From the NCBI GenBank assembly GCA_964016885.1, contig OZ024741.1, forward strand, positions 386,756,001-386,820,000: a stretch of DNA of 64,000 nucleotides. The letters run 5' to 3'. Source of the stretch: Eledone cirrhosa. Lineage: Eukaryota. Position numbers and translations under genes: made by a program. Shown here in pieces: positions 1 through 11,724 of the stretch (position 1 is its first letter; every line of letters begins with the position of its first letter). The notes below the pieces were generated by a model. That model did no database searches, was not told the origin of the DNA, and saw nothing but the letters and a program-made list of their open reading frames with translations.

Positions 1-489
1 CCTTTCATAAGCTTTTTGTACTCTGTCTCACACTGCCATTGTAAATTTTTGGGATCCGAACGTTATGAGGACATTCAATATATTAAGTCCGCTGTTCCAA
101 TGTGGCGAAGTTGAAGAGTCGTTCAATCGTTGGATAAAGTCTATAGTCTAAAGTCTGTTTTTAGCCCGGAGGCTCATCAAACTGGTGCTTATTCCTGTTT
201 CCGTGGCATTAAGCGACTAGGACCAGAAGATTCTCCCATAGACAGGACGCCAGTCCATAGCAGGGTTCATCTCTCAGCTTTTGCTACTGGTACTGGAGTA
301 TACTGGGGCAAAGTAAAATGAAGCTCAAGAATACAACACAAAACCCAGTCGGATAAAATGGTGTACGATATTTTCCGGCTCTCTGCACTCCAATTTCAAA
401 TGACACCGATGCCACCTTTGCCTTCCATCTTTTCGAAATCGATAAAATACCACCAGTCCAGGGGAGGTAATGGCTGATGAAGCTTAGCA

Positions 490-620
490 CTGGGCTGTTT
501 CCGTCTTCCAGCTTTCACTCACAAAGCAATGATAAAACCGAGGCTATAGTAGAAGATACATACCCAAGATGCCATGCAGTGGGACTGAACCCAAAATTAC
601 GCAGTTACGAAGTGAATTCT
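490..620 (-). mobile_element. Degenerate tRNA-derived SINE fragment
   Basis: The reverse complement contains a B-box-like GGTTCAGTCCC followed by a CTTGGGTATGTATCTT CORE-like block. Boundaries approximate. Confidence 0.45.
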
Positions 621-904
621 TAGGCTGTTTGGATCCACCATTACATTTAGTTGTGAGTTATTTTTTCTCCAAATTCTATATAAATATTTGTCGTATTTTC
701 GTTTTGTGTGTAGAGTGTCGCTGTGAGATGTATGTATAGTCCTGTAACTCCCAAGAGAGTCGTAGGGGCACCATATTGGTATACGGCGTTTCTAGGGCAT
801 TTTCAAACCTGACGGAACCCATCCCTCACCAGGCCTGAGAACAGCATATTTCTTCCAAGAGAAGGATAGAGAGGGAAAGAATGGAAATGAGAAAGAGATA
901 TAGA

Positions 905-1060
905 GGAAGAATCGATTCCGGTACTTGACTGGTACTTTTTATCGACCTCGAATGGGCGAAAGGCAAAGTTGACCTCGGTAGGATTTGAATTCAGAAAGCC
1001 GGAACGAATACCACAAAGCATTATATCTGGCGTTCTAACGTTTCTGCCTATTCGCCGCCT
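905..1060 (-). mobile_element. tRNA-derived SINE, same family as 6399-6553
   Basis: Reverse complement of the family motif TTCAAATCC..GAGGTCAACTTTGCCTTTC..GGTCGATAAAA..GTACCAG. Confidence 0.65.
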
Positions 1061-1456
1061 CACTGTGAAATACGCATATAAAATCTGTTTCCCTCCTATC
1101 TGTTTGTGCATTTTCTCTTTAATTGTGAGATCCGGGGAGTGAAGTACGACTCATCGTTGGATATCCGTTTATTTGTTTCTAATTTGTAAATTTTTGCACA
1201 CGAGATTTTTCGTACTTTTTATGCATCAACTTCTATTGTTGTTGACCTTCGACCAAATGAAATCGCTTTATTTTTTTATTTTAATTATTTGTCATTTTAT
1301 ATGTGGTATTAAGATTTTAATGGGACCCATGGTCGAAATTTTCACCAGGTCCTTGCGTATGGGGGGGCTGTTCAGTCAGGTGTTGATATGGACCGTGCTC
1401 CGATAGTTTCTTTGCGCATGGTATGAGATCTCCGAATATCATGAACACTAAGTGAA

Positions 1457-1640
1457 GGTGGGTGGCTTAGTGGTTAGGGACCAAGCGATGCGTTATGTCC
1501 TTGAGCAAAACACTTTATTACACATTGCTCCTTCTGCCAGGAGTTGCAAGCGGTAGGTAGTATCAGCAATGTAAAGATCAATAGAAACATTGTTTCCTTG
1601 ATCCGATTTGATGAGGTTCTTGGGATCTTGTCGATCGTTT
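1457..1640 (+). mobile_element. SINE with CORE-like block
   Basis: A-box-like GTGGCTTAGTGG and TGTCCTTGAGCAAAACACTTT. The tail is shared with 54785-54990. Confidence 0.55.
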
Positions 1641-1741
1641 CTATTACGTTACCCCTTTAATACACTAACTAAAACTAATACATCAGTGGATTTAATACTA
1701 CTCAGTTATCTTACATTTTCATCAATTTGTTGTTTTTTTTC

Positions 1742-1980
1742 GATTTGGTTCGTTATTTTTTTCTATTTAAATGTTTTACTCCTTGTTATTTGGAGTTGTC
1801 AAACAGTATGCCTTCATGTTAGACGTAGTCCAGTCTTCAAACAGCATTCTGCAATGTTAGATTTGGTTCGTTATTTTTTTCTATTTAAATGTTTTACTCC
1901 TTGTTATTTGGAGTTGTCAAACAGTATGCCTTCATGTTAGACGTAGTCCAGTCTTCAAACAGCATTCTGCAATGTTAGAT
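1742..1980. repeat. Tandem duplication of about 118 bp
   Basis: GATTTGGTTCGTTATTTT...GCAATGTTA occurs twice head-to-tail, near-identical. Confidence 0.9.
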
Positions 1981-3159
1981 GCTACCAGTAGTAGTATTGT
2001 TAAAACGTCGAACAAAATTTACTGCGGTATTTGTTTCGGCTCTTTACTACCTGAGTTCAAATCTAGTTACGGCTAAGTGGTCGATAAAAAAAAGTAGCAG
2101 TCAAATTTTTAGTTTTGTTTTTAAATGATAGTTTCTTCTTTTAGCACAAGGCCAGCACTTTGAAGGGAAGGTTAAAGTCGATTAAATCGACTCCATTGCT
2201 TTACTGGTACTTTATTTTCTCGACCCCGTAAGGATGAAAGGCAGAGTTAATGCTCAAATTATTATTGATGCTGTTTCCCCTCTCGTATCCAATATAATGC
2301 TTATTTCAATTTCAAGAGCTTTGAAGTTTTTGGTCAGAAGGTTTAAAAGTATCTATCAGTGAATCTATCAGAGACTTTTGTTCCAGCCCTTGGTAGCACT
2401 TTCACCTGCTGTAGCCCTAAGCTATATGAAATTTGAGGCTCTTCTTTAAAAAGATTTAGGGTAAAAAATATCTAAATAATTATACAAGATTATTAATTTT
2501 TATATTAACTAGCAGATAAACAACCCTTCGGGTGGTTTTTCTGCTGGCATGTGTAGTGTGTATATTGATATTATACGCAAATATACATGCATGTAGATAT
2601 GATACGTCAAATGAAATCGTAATTGACAATATACACAGAAATTGAACGAAGTCTGTTACATTCTCTTCTGTAATCAGTAAAGTAATCCATGATACATTTA
2701 AAAAAGACAATATTATATATAAACTGCATATATGATAAACTAAAATGTGATGAAAACGAAATAGGAGAAAATTAGCGACGGAAATATAAACCTTATATAA
2801 CGATGCAAATATATAAACCTTATATAACGATGCAAATATATGAACGTTTATATAAGCGATATAATAAGTGTTATCTTATAACGGACGCTAACAGAAGTGT
2901 AGACATTTGAACATTTTAAAGAAGTGAATCTTAAAATAAGCAATACTTTATATAAAAGAATATTTATGTTTAATCAACAGCTACGAAATTTAGTAGATTA
3001 AATGATGTAATATTCATTCATTATTTATTCAAAGTAATCAAACTTATTTTACTATCTGGATTAAAAGAAATAAATTGGATGCTGTCCCGCAATCCTCCCA
3101 TTATTATATTATAGATAGATGTTAATGATAAAGAATAAAGAATATGTATATATATATAT

Positions 3160-4640
3160 ACCCTTCCAAACACCCTAACAATAGACTACCTGTATTAGAC
3201 ACGGAACTCTGGATTAACACTATAGACGAGAGAGCCCAAATTCTCCACTCACACTATGCTAAACCCATGGCCTCCAAATACCTGATACTCAAAAACTCAG
3301 CAATGTCCAGTAGTGCTAAGTTTAATATTCTGATCGCAGACTTGGTACGAGTGATGAAGAACGTGTCCCGCATGTGCGACCCAACAGAAATGGAAAGACA
3401 CATCCAACACTTCATCAACCGCATGCAGTTCTCTGGCTACAACCAAAGAGACAGAATCAGAGTATACGAAGGAGCCACGGAGAAGTATAAGACCCTCATA
3501 GAACTGGACATGAAAGGAATTTGCCCATTATACAGGAGAAAATCATGGAATAGCTTAGATAGAACTAGACATAAGATAGGGAAAGCCACCTCATGGTACG
3601 ACAACCAGAGATACCAGAGCGTCATGTTTGTGGACGCTACCCCTGGAGGGAAATTAGCTAACCAATGTAGAAAGACCCTGAGAAAGACTCACTTAAAGAT
3701 TAAGGTGGTAGAAAAGCCAGGAACCACCATAAAAACCCTGATCAGCAAATTTACCCTTTTAAGAAAACCCACTGTACTAATAGAAAATGCATTATATGTA
3801 GAGTAAACCCCCGGATAAACTGTAAAACTAGAAACGTAGTCTATAGCATAAGATGTACAGAGGGTACTTGCAGAAACATGACAACATACATAGGCGAGAC
3901 AGCTCGTAGCATAGGTGAAAGGATAGACCAACGCTGGGGGGGGGGGGACTAAAAGGGCGAAAAAACGGTTCAGTATTATACGAACATGCCAGACAACAAC
4001 ACTACGGTAACATAGACAACATAGAAGTTAGAATAATATCTAAACATAGAAATGACCCAGCAGATAGGCAAATCAGAGAGGCCAGCGAAATAGAACTTAG
4101 AAGGCCAAGGTTAAACAGAAAACAACAACACCCAAACAAACAACACTAACCTAAGAGAAGTATAAATAAATAAATAAATACATATAGAAACACAATAACA
4201 ACAAACACATATAAACACACACTAGTAAACTATCTAATACACAGTCACCCAAACAAGAACACACATCAAACAAAACACTATACACACACGAAAACGCATG
4301 CGCAGAGAAGACAAAAAAATAAACAAATAAATAAATAAATATACAGACTAAATAAAGATGGCGTAAGCATACAATGCAACGGGAGGAAACATAATAGCAC
4401 CACTGACGATGTTGCAGATGTGCAACGAAAGAACTTTGATAGACTATATATATGTGTTTGTGTCTATATTGTATCTGTATTTTTGACCGTTGGTCAGTCA
4501 ATGGCAACATTGAGGACCGAATAAATTAAATTAACCGATATAAAAGACACAGAAGCGAAAACCAACCAAACAGTGAGTGTGTTCTGTTATTAATTCTGGC
4601 AATATTATTACACAAATATGACCCTCCCCAAGTATAATTA
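3160..4640 (+). mobile_element. Penelope-like element, 5'-truncated (RT C-terminus, GIY-YIG, pLTR), frameshifted
   Basis: ORF 3144-3806 (LPVLD..YAKPMAS..SGY) continues in another frame as NVVYSIRC...YIGETARSIGERI, a GIY-YIG motif. Ends ATGACCCTCCCCAAGTATAA at an (AT)n tract. Confidence 0.85.
4399..4440 (+). ncRNA. Minimal type I hammerhead ribozyme motif in Penelope pLTR
   Basis: CTGACGA, stem II GTTGCA/TGCAAC, GAAA, GAAC, TT. Stem I is imperfect. A homologous motif is at 18458. Confidence 0.6.
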
Positions 4641-4642
4641 TA

Positions 4643-4730
<88 letters not shown>

Positions 4731-5145
4731 GTATAGTACTCTTTGATTTCCTTGTCAATTTGGAAAAGTATATCCTACATGGCTGTGGCGAAGCCGTTGG
4801 CATGTACCTTGGATAATGATTACATAACCTCTCAACAGTTTTCACGTCAAGGTGTTGGCTTATTGCCCAGTTATCATAGTAGTCACCTCGATCGTGTTTG
4901 TGAATATACTTACACTTGGCAAGGACCTGTCAGTCGGATATCATTTTGTCAATAGTCTCATTGTACTGATTACATAGTCTGCTCTCGACGTTAGAAGTTT
5001 TTTGTTGCTGCTCTTTTTTTCCATTGTATTATTTTTGTAATTATTTGCGGTATTAAATCTTATGCAGCTAAAATCAGATCTTATTCTACTTTTAGCCCAG
5101 AGCTTCAGATTCATTGTTGCCTTTTACTTCTTTTTCTCCTTCTTC

Positions 5146-5222
<77 letters not shown>

Positions 5223-6398
5223 GTTCTTTGAGTCTCAGTCATTGATGTTAGTTAACTGGAAAGTTTGTTGAAATGAATATCAAGCCACTACCTGCAGCCT
5301 CAGATATTCAGGACGTATCGGAGGGTTCTTGCTGTTCCCAGCAAGCATGCCTTTTGAAGTGTTCCAAAACGCGGGGTGGGGCCAATTTTCTTTAACCATC
5401 GCTGGAAACCTTTTGAGATAGTCCCTAGTGCGCCTATGACAATCGGGACCACTTTGATTTCATGGCAGTTCCAAATCCTTTTTACCTCCCACTTTAAGTC
5501 CTGGTATCGGTTAATTTTCTCCCTCTCCTTCTCTTGCACTCTCGTGTCGAATGGGCAGGCCACATCCACAATCAGGCACGATCTTTTTTCTTTGTCCAAA
5601 CCCACCAGGTCAGGTCTATTGTGTTCCAGTTTCTTGTCCGTCTGTATCCTAAAATCCCATAGCACCTTCACCTGATCGTTTTCTATCACCGACTTTGGCT
5701 TATGCTCATACCACTTCTCAGAGTGTGGTAAATTGTTTACTTTGCATAGGTGCCAGTGGATCACCCTGCCCATCACATCATGTCTCCAGCCTTTATAGTG
5801 GGTCTGGGCTAGGTGTTTACACTCGGATACAATGCGAACCACAGTCTCCTCTCTCTCTCCACAGATCCTGCACAGTGGGCTAGCCTCCTCCTTGTAAATA
5901 TGGTGTTTCAGCCACTTCGTTTTGAGGGCCTGCTCTTGCGCAGCCATTAGCATTCCTTCTGTAGCCTTTTTAAGGTCTCCTCTTCTCAACCAGGTTGCTC
6001 TTTCTCCTTGTTGTTATTTCCTCCTTGGACATGCCCTGGTCTATTGTCCTCTCCATAAGTACAATTCTGAGCATTGGCTCCTTACTATCGGTCACGTATT
6101 TGTGTAGGTTGTTTTTCTCCATCTGAACACAATCCTCTATGCTGATAAGACCTCTTCCACCTTCAGATTTCCTTAAGTAGAGTCTATCGACATCACTCCT
6201 CTTGTGGAACATGTTGTAGATAGTCAATAGCTTCCTAGTCTTCCTATCCATTTATTTTTGTTCAGCAACATTCCATTTCAGAATTTCCGCACTGTACCTA
6301 ATAATAGACATAGCTCGGGAATTTACTGCACTTATGGCATTCCTACTGTTCAGATGTGACTTTAATACACTCCTTACTCTCCGAATGTATTCAGATCT
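5223..6398 (-). mobile_element. R4/Dong-like non-LTR retrotransposon, 3' part (RT thumb, CCHC, RLE endonuclease), disrupted
   Basis: DRKTRKLL..DVDRLYL..GGRGL, CRICGEREETVVRIVSEC, RH, HNRPDL..IVDVACPFD..K..Y. The 3' end runs into (TAA)n at 5145-5222. Confidence 0.9.
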
Positions 6399-6552
6399 TG
6401 GACGCCATGCTTTCCAGCATAGTTACGTCCCTTTACGATCTGAGTTCAAATCCCGCCGAGGTTGACTTTGCCTTTCATCCTTACGGGGTCGATAAAATAA
6501 AGTACCAGTAATGCACTGGATAATTGCTGGCCTTGTGTCTAAAGTAGAAACA

Positions 6553-6553
<1 letters not shown>
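6399..6553 (+). mobile_element. tRNA-derived SINE. Further copies near 2145(-), 24985, 28564, 29040, 29206, 29440(-), 31010, 38630, 38850, 41280, 41500, 46587(-)
   Basis: B-box GAGTTCAAATCCC plus central block GACTTTGCCTTTCATCCTTACGGGGTCGATAAAATAAAGTACCAG recurs more than ten times. From memory the block resembles the Meta/MESC SINE domain. Confidence 0.8.
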
Positions 6554-6615
<62 letters not shown>

Positions 6616-9360
6616 GGCGACCTACGTAGTAAATCGTATCATCGTGAGCTCCGCAAAGGTTTGTTATTTCCGTTTGTTAAAAATTGTCATTTATGGAAAA
6701 TTTTATTGTTAACTGTTTATAAGCGCACATACATTGTTTTCCGAAAAGGACACCCAAAAAGATTGGGGCCTTGTGCCCAAAATTTTAACTTTTATTATTA
6801 TCCAAAAATTTCTTTGAAAAAAATGGCTAATTCCCCTCTGCACGAAGCAGCTGAAAGCCTTCCTCACAAAATAACACCTCACACCGACACCACCATTGTA
6901 AATGTTACTACGTTTGCCAAGACAAAAAAAATATAAGCAGTAGCAATATTTTAAATTTGTCTCAGGCAGACATTCATTTCCCGCCATTACCAATGACTGC
7001 AGGTGTTAAAGCCTCCACCACCACCACCACCGCGACAACCACCACCCCCACCACCACCGCGACAACAGAAACAAAAGAAGAAAAAAATAAATTAACTCGT
7101 GATGTCGAAATGAAATCAAGCAAAATGGACTCTTCCGCACCAAAGACGAATGACGTCACCACCACCACAACTGAAACAAAAATTAAGATTAACACAAATA
7201 ACGATAGCAACAACAACAACAATGACATTATAAAACCGACCCTCAGTTTCGCCATCGTAGCAAAACAATTCGAAGCGTTCACGGTAACTCAAGAAGATTT
7301 AGAAAATGCCAAACAAATGGTAAAGAAAGATGGGTACAGGGTCAGCCTCACCCCCCCCCCCCACACACCTAATAAAATGGAGCATCGGCGCCTGTGCACC
7401 GTGTCGTATAGAACAATAAATGTAAAATCGCGCCGAGTGGAACGGGCATCCGAGTCCCAAATCAAAAAAGCTTTGGGCCATGTGTGGGCAAGAAAAACCC
7501 ACATCAGACGTGGGCAAAAGTATGGAACCGTGGATGTGTTCTTTGAAACACCAGAGGAGGCTAGAGAACACTCCATGGCCCCATTAAAAAGTGACGACCT
7601 CACACTCGTCCCAAGCTATTGTGGCCAGAGACTCGTAAAGATCAGGGTGACCCACGTTCCACCGGCCATCGAAATTCCCTGGCTAATAGCGGCTGTCCTC
7701 GCCGGAATCGAAGCCAACACGAAAATAATAGCAGTAGCAAAAGAAAAGCAGGAAAACTGGTCCGGATCTGGGATGGAGCTCCTGATCCAAGCGGACCAAA
7801 AAAGCATTGAGGAGATCCCAGAGGTAATAGACCTCACTGACGGCAGCCACCTCACGGTAATTGTCGAGGGCAGAAGACCTAGGTGTGTCGTTTGTGGTGA
7901 AGGAACCCACCTAAGGGCTTTCTGCCCTCAGGCTAAAAGGTTGAGGCCACCTCTCCTACCCACCCCAGTGACACAACCATCAACACCACCAGTAGCAGAG
8001 ATGGCAGCAACAACTGTAGCAGCAACAACAGAAGCAACTATAACAGCAACAACCCCAGCAACAGTAGCAAAACCAACACCACTACCACCACCAGCAAAAC
8101 CAACACCACCACCACCCAACGCTTCAGAACTAGCACCAGCGCCTACACCATCCACCACACCACAACCAAAACTAACGGCTGTGGAGGATTTTCCACTCCC
8201 CGGCCTATCACAACTGGAGACAGATTGTGACGACGAGGAGTGGGAAACGATATCCGGAAAAAAAAAAGAAACCAAAAAAGAAAAAATTCTCTTCCTTCTC
8301 CCTCCAAAAACAAAACACAGAGGGAAACAAATAAACTAAGAAACAAAAAAGTTAGGACAGATATGCCACCATCCACACCAGCATCACCAACCCCATCAAC
8401 CCAAACACCAACACCATCACCATCATTAACTCCAACACCACCATCACCTACACCACAAAAGTCACCAAAATGCGAAACAGAAACAAACCCACAACAAACG
8501 CAAACAAAACAAAACAACCAAAACGATACACACTACACAGCATTAAATTTGAACAAGCAATTATTACACTACATCCAACACAACACCAGCATCACAGAAA
8601 AAGACTACACAACAACCCCAAAATTCACACCACCTCCACACATACAAATCACTCGCATCACACAGAAAACGTACATGACACTAAAACAAAAATTCCCAAA
8701 AGACATCGGAGACTTCCGACAAGCACTCTCCAGGAGGATTTATAAGGACATCCTTCCTGAGGAGGCCACAAGCAGTGAAAAGGATGGAAAAACCGTCCTT
8801 CCCCTACGAGAAGTAAGGTAAGTGGTCTTTCCCATCTTTTCCACTCCTTTTCAACATGACCTCACTCAGAATAGGCAGCATAAATGCGCGTGGCTTGGGG
8901 TCGTCATGGAAGCAGGGCCACCTGCTCAACGACCTCAGGTCACTAAACATAGATGTAGTGGCCATCAGCGAGACCAGAATCTCCGAAGCATGGAGGTGCC
9001 GTCAGCCGGGCATGTCCGAGATGCGCGCAGGGCGACGAAACCGTCCTGCACGCACTCGTCCAGTGTCCGAGCATTGCTGACTTGTGGGTTTATGTCGAAC
9101 ACCTGCTGTCACGTGTAGGACCTATCCAGCTATCAGCTGAGTCCATCTGAGTCCATCGTGAGGATTGCCCCGCCCCCTCCCTGGCTTTCTCCACAAATGT
9201 CCCTTGGAAGTCTCCCCCCTATTGGGGAATTTTTCTTTGTTATTTTATTTCAACCTCTGTTTTTTTACACGCAGAAATGCCCCTTTGTACCGTCCTGTAT
9301 TGTCCTGTACTGTCCTTAATGTCTACTTTATGTGAACCCTTGTGGTTAATAAAGAAAACA
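6616..9360 (+). mobile_element. Tx1/L1-clade non-autonomous derivative: ORF1 retained, ORF2 internally deleted
   Basis: ORF1 pieces 6822/6957-8339 and 8240-8821 are frameshifted at A-runs and carry the CCHC knuckle CVVCGEGTHLRAFC. ORF2 starts at 8856 and jumps near 8989 to sequence matching 14702; a second deletion lies near 9180. Flanked by (ATT)n on both sides. Confidence 0.9.
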
Positions 9361-9592
9361 TTATTATTATTATTATTGAATGCCATGGTTGACGGAGGCT
9401 CGGCTCTGTAAGGTATAGTAATTTTTAACCGTTAAAACAATTGTAAATTGTTTAAAACTTGAACCAAATTGTTGATAAAGACACCCTCCTCCTCGTGAGA
9501 GGGGTCTTTCTGTCCGTTATTTGGCCCTTCGGGGTTAAATAACCAGTTATTGGGGTTTTGTATCCAAAATTTCATTTTAAACAAAAAACAAC

Positions 9593-11689
9593 ATGGCTAC
9601 GAAAAAGAAATTTCATACGTCACTCCCACTCAATCCGTCTTCTTCTTCCTCAATCATCACTACAGCAGAGAGAAGATTGTCTCTCTCCCTCCCTTCTTTA
9701 AATGTGTCTCTCTCCCTCCCTTCTCTTTCGCAAGTGACGAAAGAAAAGAAAAGTCTCGTGCAAAGCGTGCAAGGTTTCTCCACGACGACGACGACAGCGA
9801 CGAAACAGGTGTGCGGGAAATACGAAAACCCAGTTCATTCGTCTGACGTCAGGAATAATAGCAGTAGCAGCCGTAATAACAACAGCAACAGTGACAATGA
9901 AAACAACAGTAGCAGCCGCAACAGCATCACCAGCAGCATAAACAACAACAGCATTAGCAGCAGCAACACCAACAACAACCACAGCAACAGCGGCGGAGGC
10001 AGTAGTCGTAGTACCTGCACCAACAACAAAAGTACCAGCAGCTCTGACGACAACAACAACAGCAGAGAAAAACCAATCTCATTTGCAGGTATTGCGAAAA
10101 ACTTGGAAACAATCCTCATAACAAATGAGGAATTAGAGGAAGCGAAGAAGATGGTGACAAAGAACGGACACCGAGCAATCTGCAAGGCAGCAGAAAAATT
10201 TTTCGAAACCCAAGAGCACTGTACGGTCACGTACCGTACAGTAAGTACAAAATCCCGTAGGGTGGAAAGAGCCACAGAGGCCCAAATACAAAAAGCCTTG
10301 GGGTCTGTGTGGCAGCGGAAAACGAACATCACCCGAGGCAAAAAATATGCCACCGTAGACGTACTTTTTGCCACACCCCAGGAGGCAAAGGCCCAATCAG
10401 TAGTGACCCTAAGGAGCGAGGAAATGGTGTTGGTGCCCTCCTACTGCGGGCAAAAAATTGTGAGGGTCAAACTGACCCACGTCCCCCCCGGAATGACCCC
10501 TTCTTGGCTGGCCGCGTCTGTCCTCGTCGGAATCGAGGACAAAACAACTGTACTGCAAGTACAGAAAAAAGTAAGAGAAGATTGGGTCGGCTCCTCCATT
10601 GAGATGCTAATCCAAACCAACCAGGAGTGCATCGAAGCTATCCCGGATGTGATAGACTTCGATAACGGCACTCAACTGCCCATAAGTGTTGAGGGCAAAC
10701 GCCCGAAATGCTTTCGCTGTGGATCGAAGACTCACCTCAGGGCCTTCTGCAACGAGAAGACCCTGAGAAAGGAGAAAACCCCCCTCCTTCCGAATCCGGC
10801 TCCACGGCTACCAGCAACAGGACAAGCGGCAACCAGGAACGATAGGCCCGTGGCACCCATACCCACTCCACGGAAATCAAAAACAGCAGCAGCAGTGGAA
10901 ATATTAACAACAACAACAGCAATACCAAATGCAGCTGCAACAGAGACTCCAGTGCAAACATCACCAACAACAACAAGTGAAAGAGTGGAGCTGGTACCCC
11001 TCCCCGACCTCACAGAATCAGACATGGAGTGTGAGGTGGGGGAGGGATGGCAAAAGGTCGCAAGAAGGCACAAACGCAGAAGCAGCGCATCGTCGCCTTT
11101 GAAAAGGGAGGAAAGAAATGAGAAAAGGGTAAAGTCTACTGCAAAGAGACCCACAGCAGCAACACCATCAACACCATCACCACCCACACTAGCACCACCA
11201 TCACCACCGGCGACAACCCCACCGCCAACAACACCTTCAACACCACCACCACAAGCACCAACATCGCAAACACAACAACAAAACACACACACCCAGCAAC
11301 AACGACAAGAAAATAGCAGAACCACACCCCACCCCCAGAAAAACAAATGCACGGCAATAAACACACACAACAAGAAACTAATGACTTACATAATTGAACA
11401 CACAGACATTTCACAACAGGACTACATAATACCAGCACCAATCAAAACGCCAACTAACATAAGACTGCTAAAAATAGCACAGAAACAATACACAAACATT
11501 AAAACGAAATTCCCCAACGCAGTTGGTGATTTCAGGGACCTAGGAGGAACCATCAATCGAAGAGTATATTCAGACATTCTCTTAGAAGAGCCGACGACCA
11601 GCCGAAGGGACGATTCAACGGTCCCTTCACCAGACGATCAAGTGAAAAGGGATGTAAAAACCATCCCTCCTCTACCAAAAGTACGGTAA
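9593..11689 (+). CDS. LINE ORF1 gag-like protein with zinc knuckle, 698 aa
   Basis: Open ATG-to-TAA frame; CFRCGSKTHLRAFC knuckle; homologous to the ORF1 at 6957; S/N- and P/T-rich low-complexity segments. Confidence 0.85.
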   Translation: MATKKKFHTSLPLNPSSSSSIITTAERRLSLSLPSLNVSLSLPSLSQVTKEKKSLVQSVQGFSTTTTTATKQVCGKYENPVHSSDVRNNSSSSRNNNSNSDNENNSSSRNSITSSINNNSISSSNTNNNHSNSGGGSSRSTCTNNKSTSSSDDNNNSREKPISFAGIAKNLETILITNEELEEAKKMVTKNGHRAICKAAEKFFETQEHCTVTYRTVSTKSRRVERATEAQIQKALGSVWQRKTNITRGKKYATVDVLFATPQEAKAQSVVTLRSEEMVLVPSYCGQKIVRVKLTHVPPGMTPSWLAASVLVGIEDKTTVLQVQKKVREDWVGSSIEMLIQTNQECIEAIPDVIDFDNGTQLPISVEGKRPKCFRCGSKTHLRAFCNEKTLRKEKTPLLPNPAPRLPATGQAATRNDRPVAPIPTPRKSKTAAAVEILTTTTAIPNAAATETPVQTSPTTTSERVELVPLPDLTESDMECEVGEGWQKVARRHKRRSSASSPLKREERNEKRVKSTAKRPTAATPSTPSPPTLAPPSPPATTPPPTTPSTPPPQAPTSQTQQQNTHTQQQRQENSRTTPHPQKNKCTAINTHNKKLMTYIIEHTDISQQDYIIPAPIKTPTNIRLLKIAQKQYTNIKTKFPNAVGDFRDLGGTINRRVYSDILLEEPTTSRRDDSTVPSPDDQVKRDVKTIPPLPKVR

Positions 11690-11724
11690 GTGGTCTTTCC
11701 CATCTTTTCCACTCTATTTTAAAC

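Noticed and set aside
9476-9512. HDV-like ribozyme in the Tx1 5'UTR (CTCCTCGTG)
   Set aside because: I can form only a simple hairpin (AAAGAC..GTCTTT), not the nested double pseudoknot, and it is not evident in the sister element's 5'UTR.
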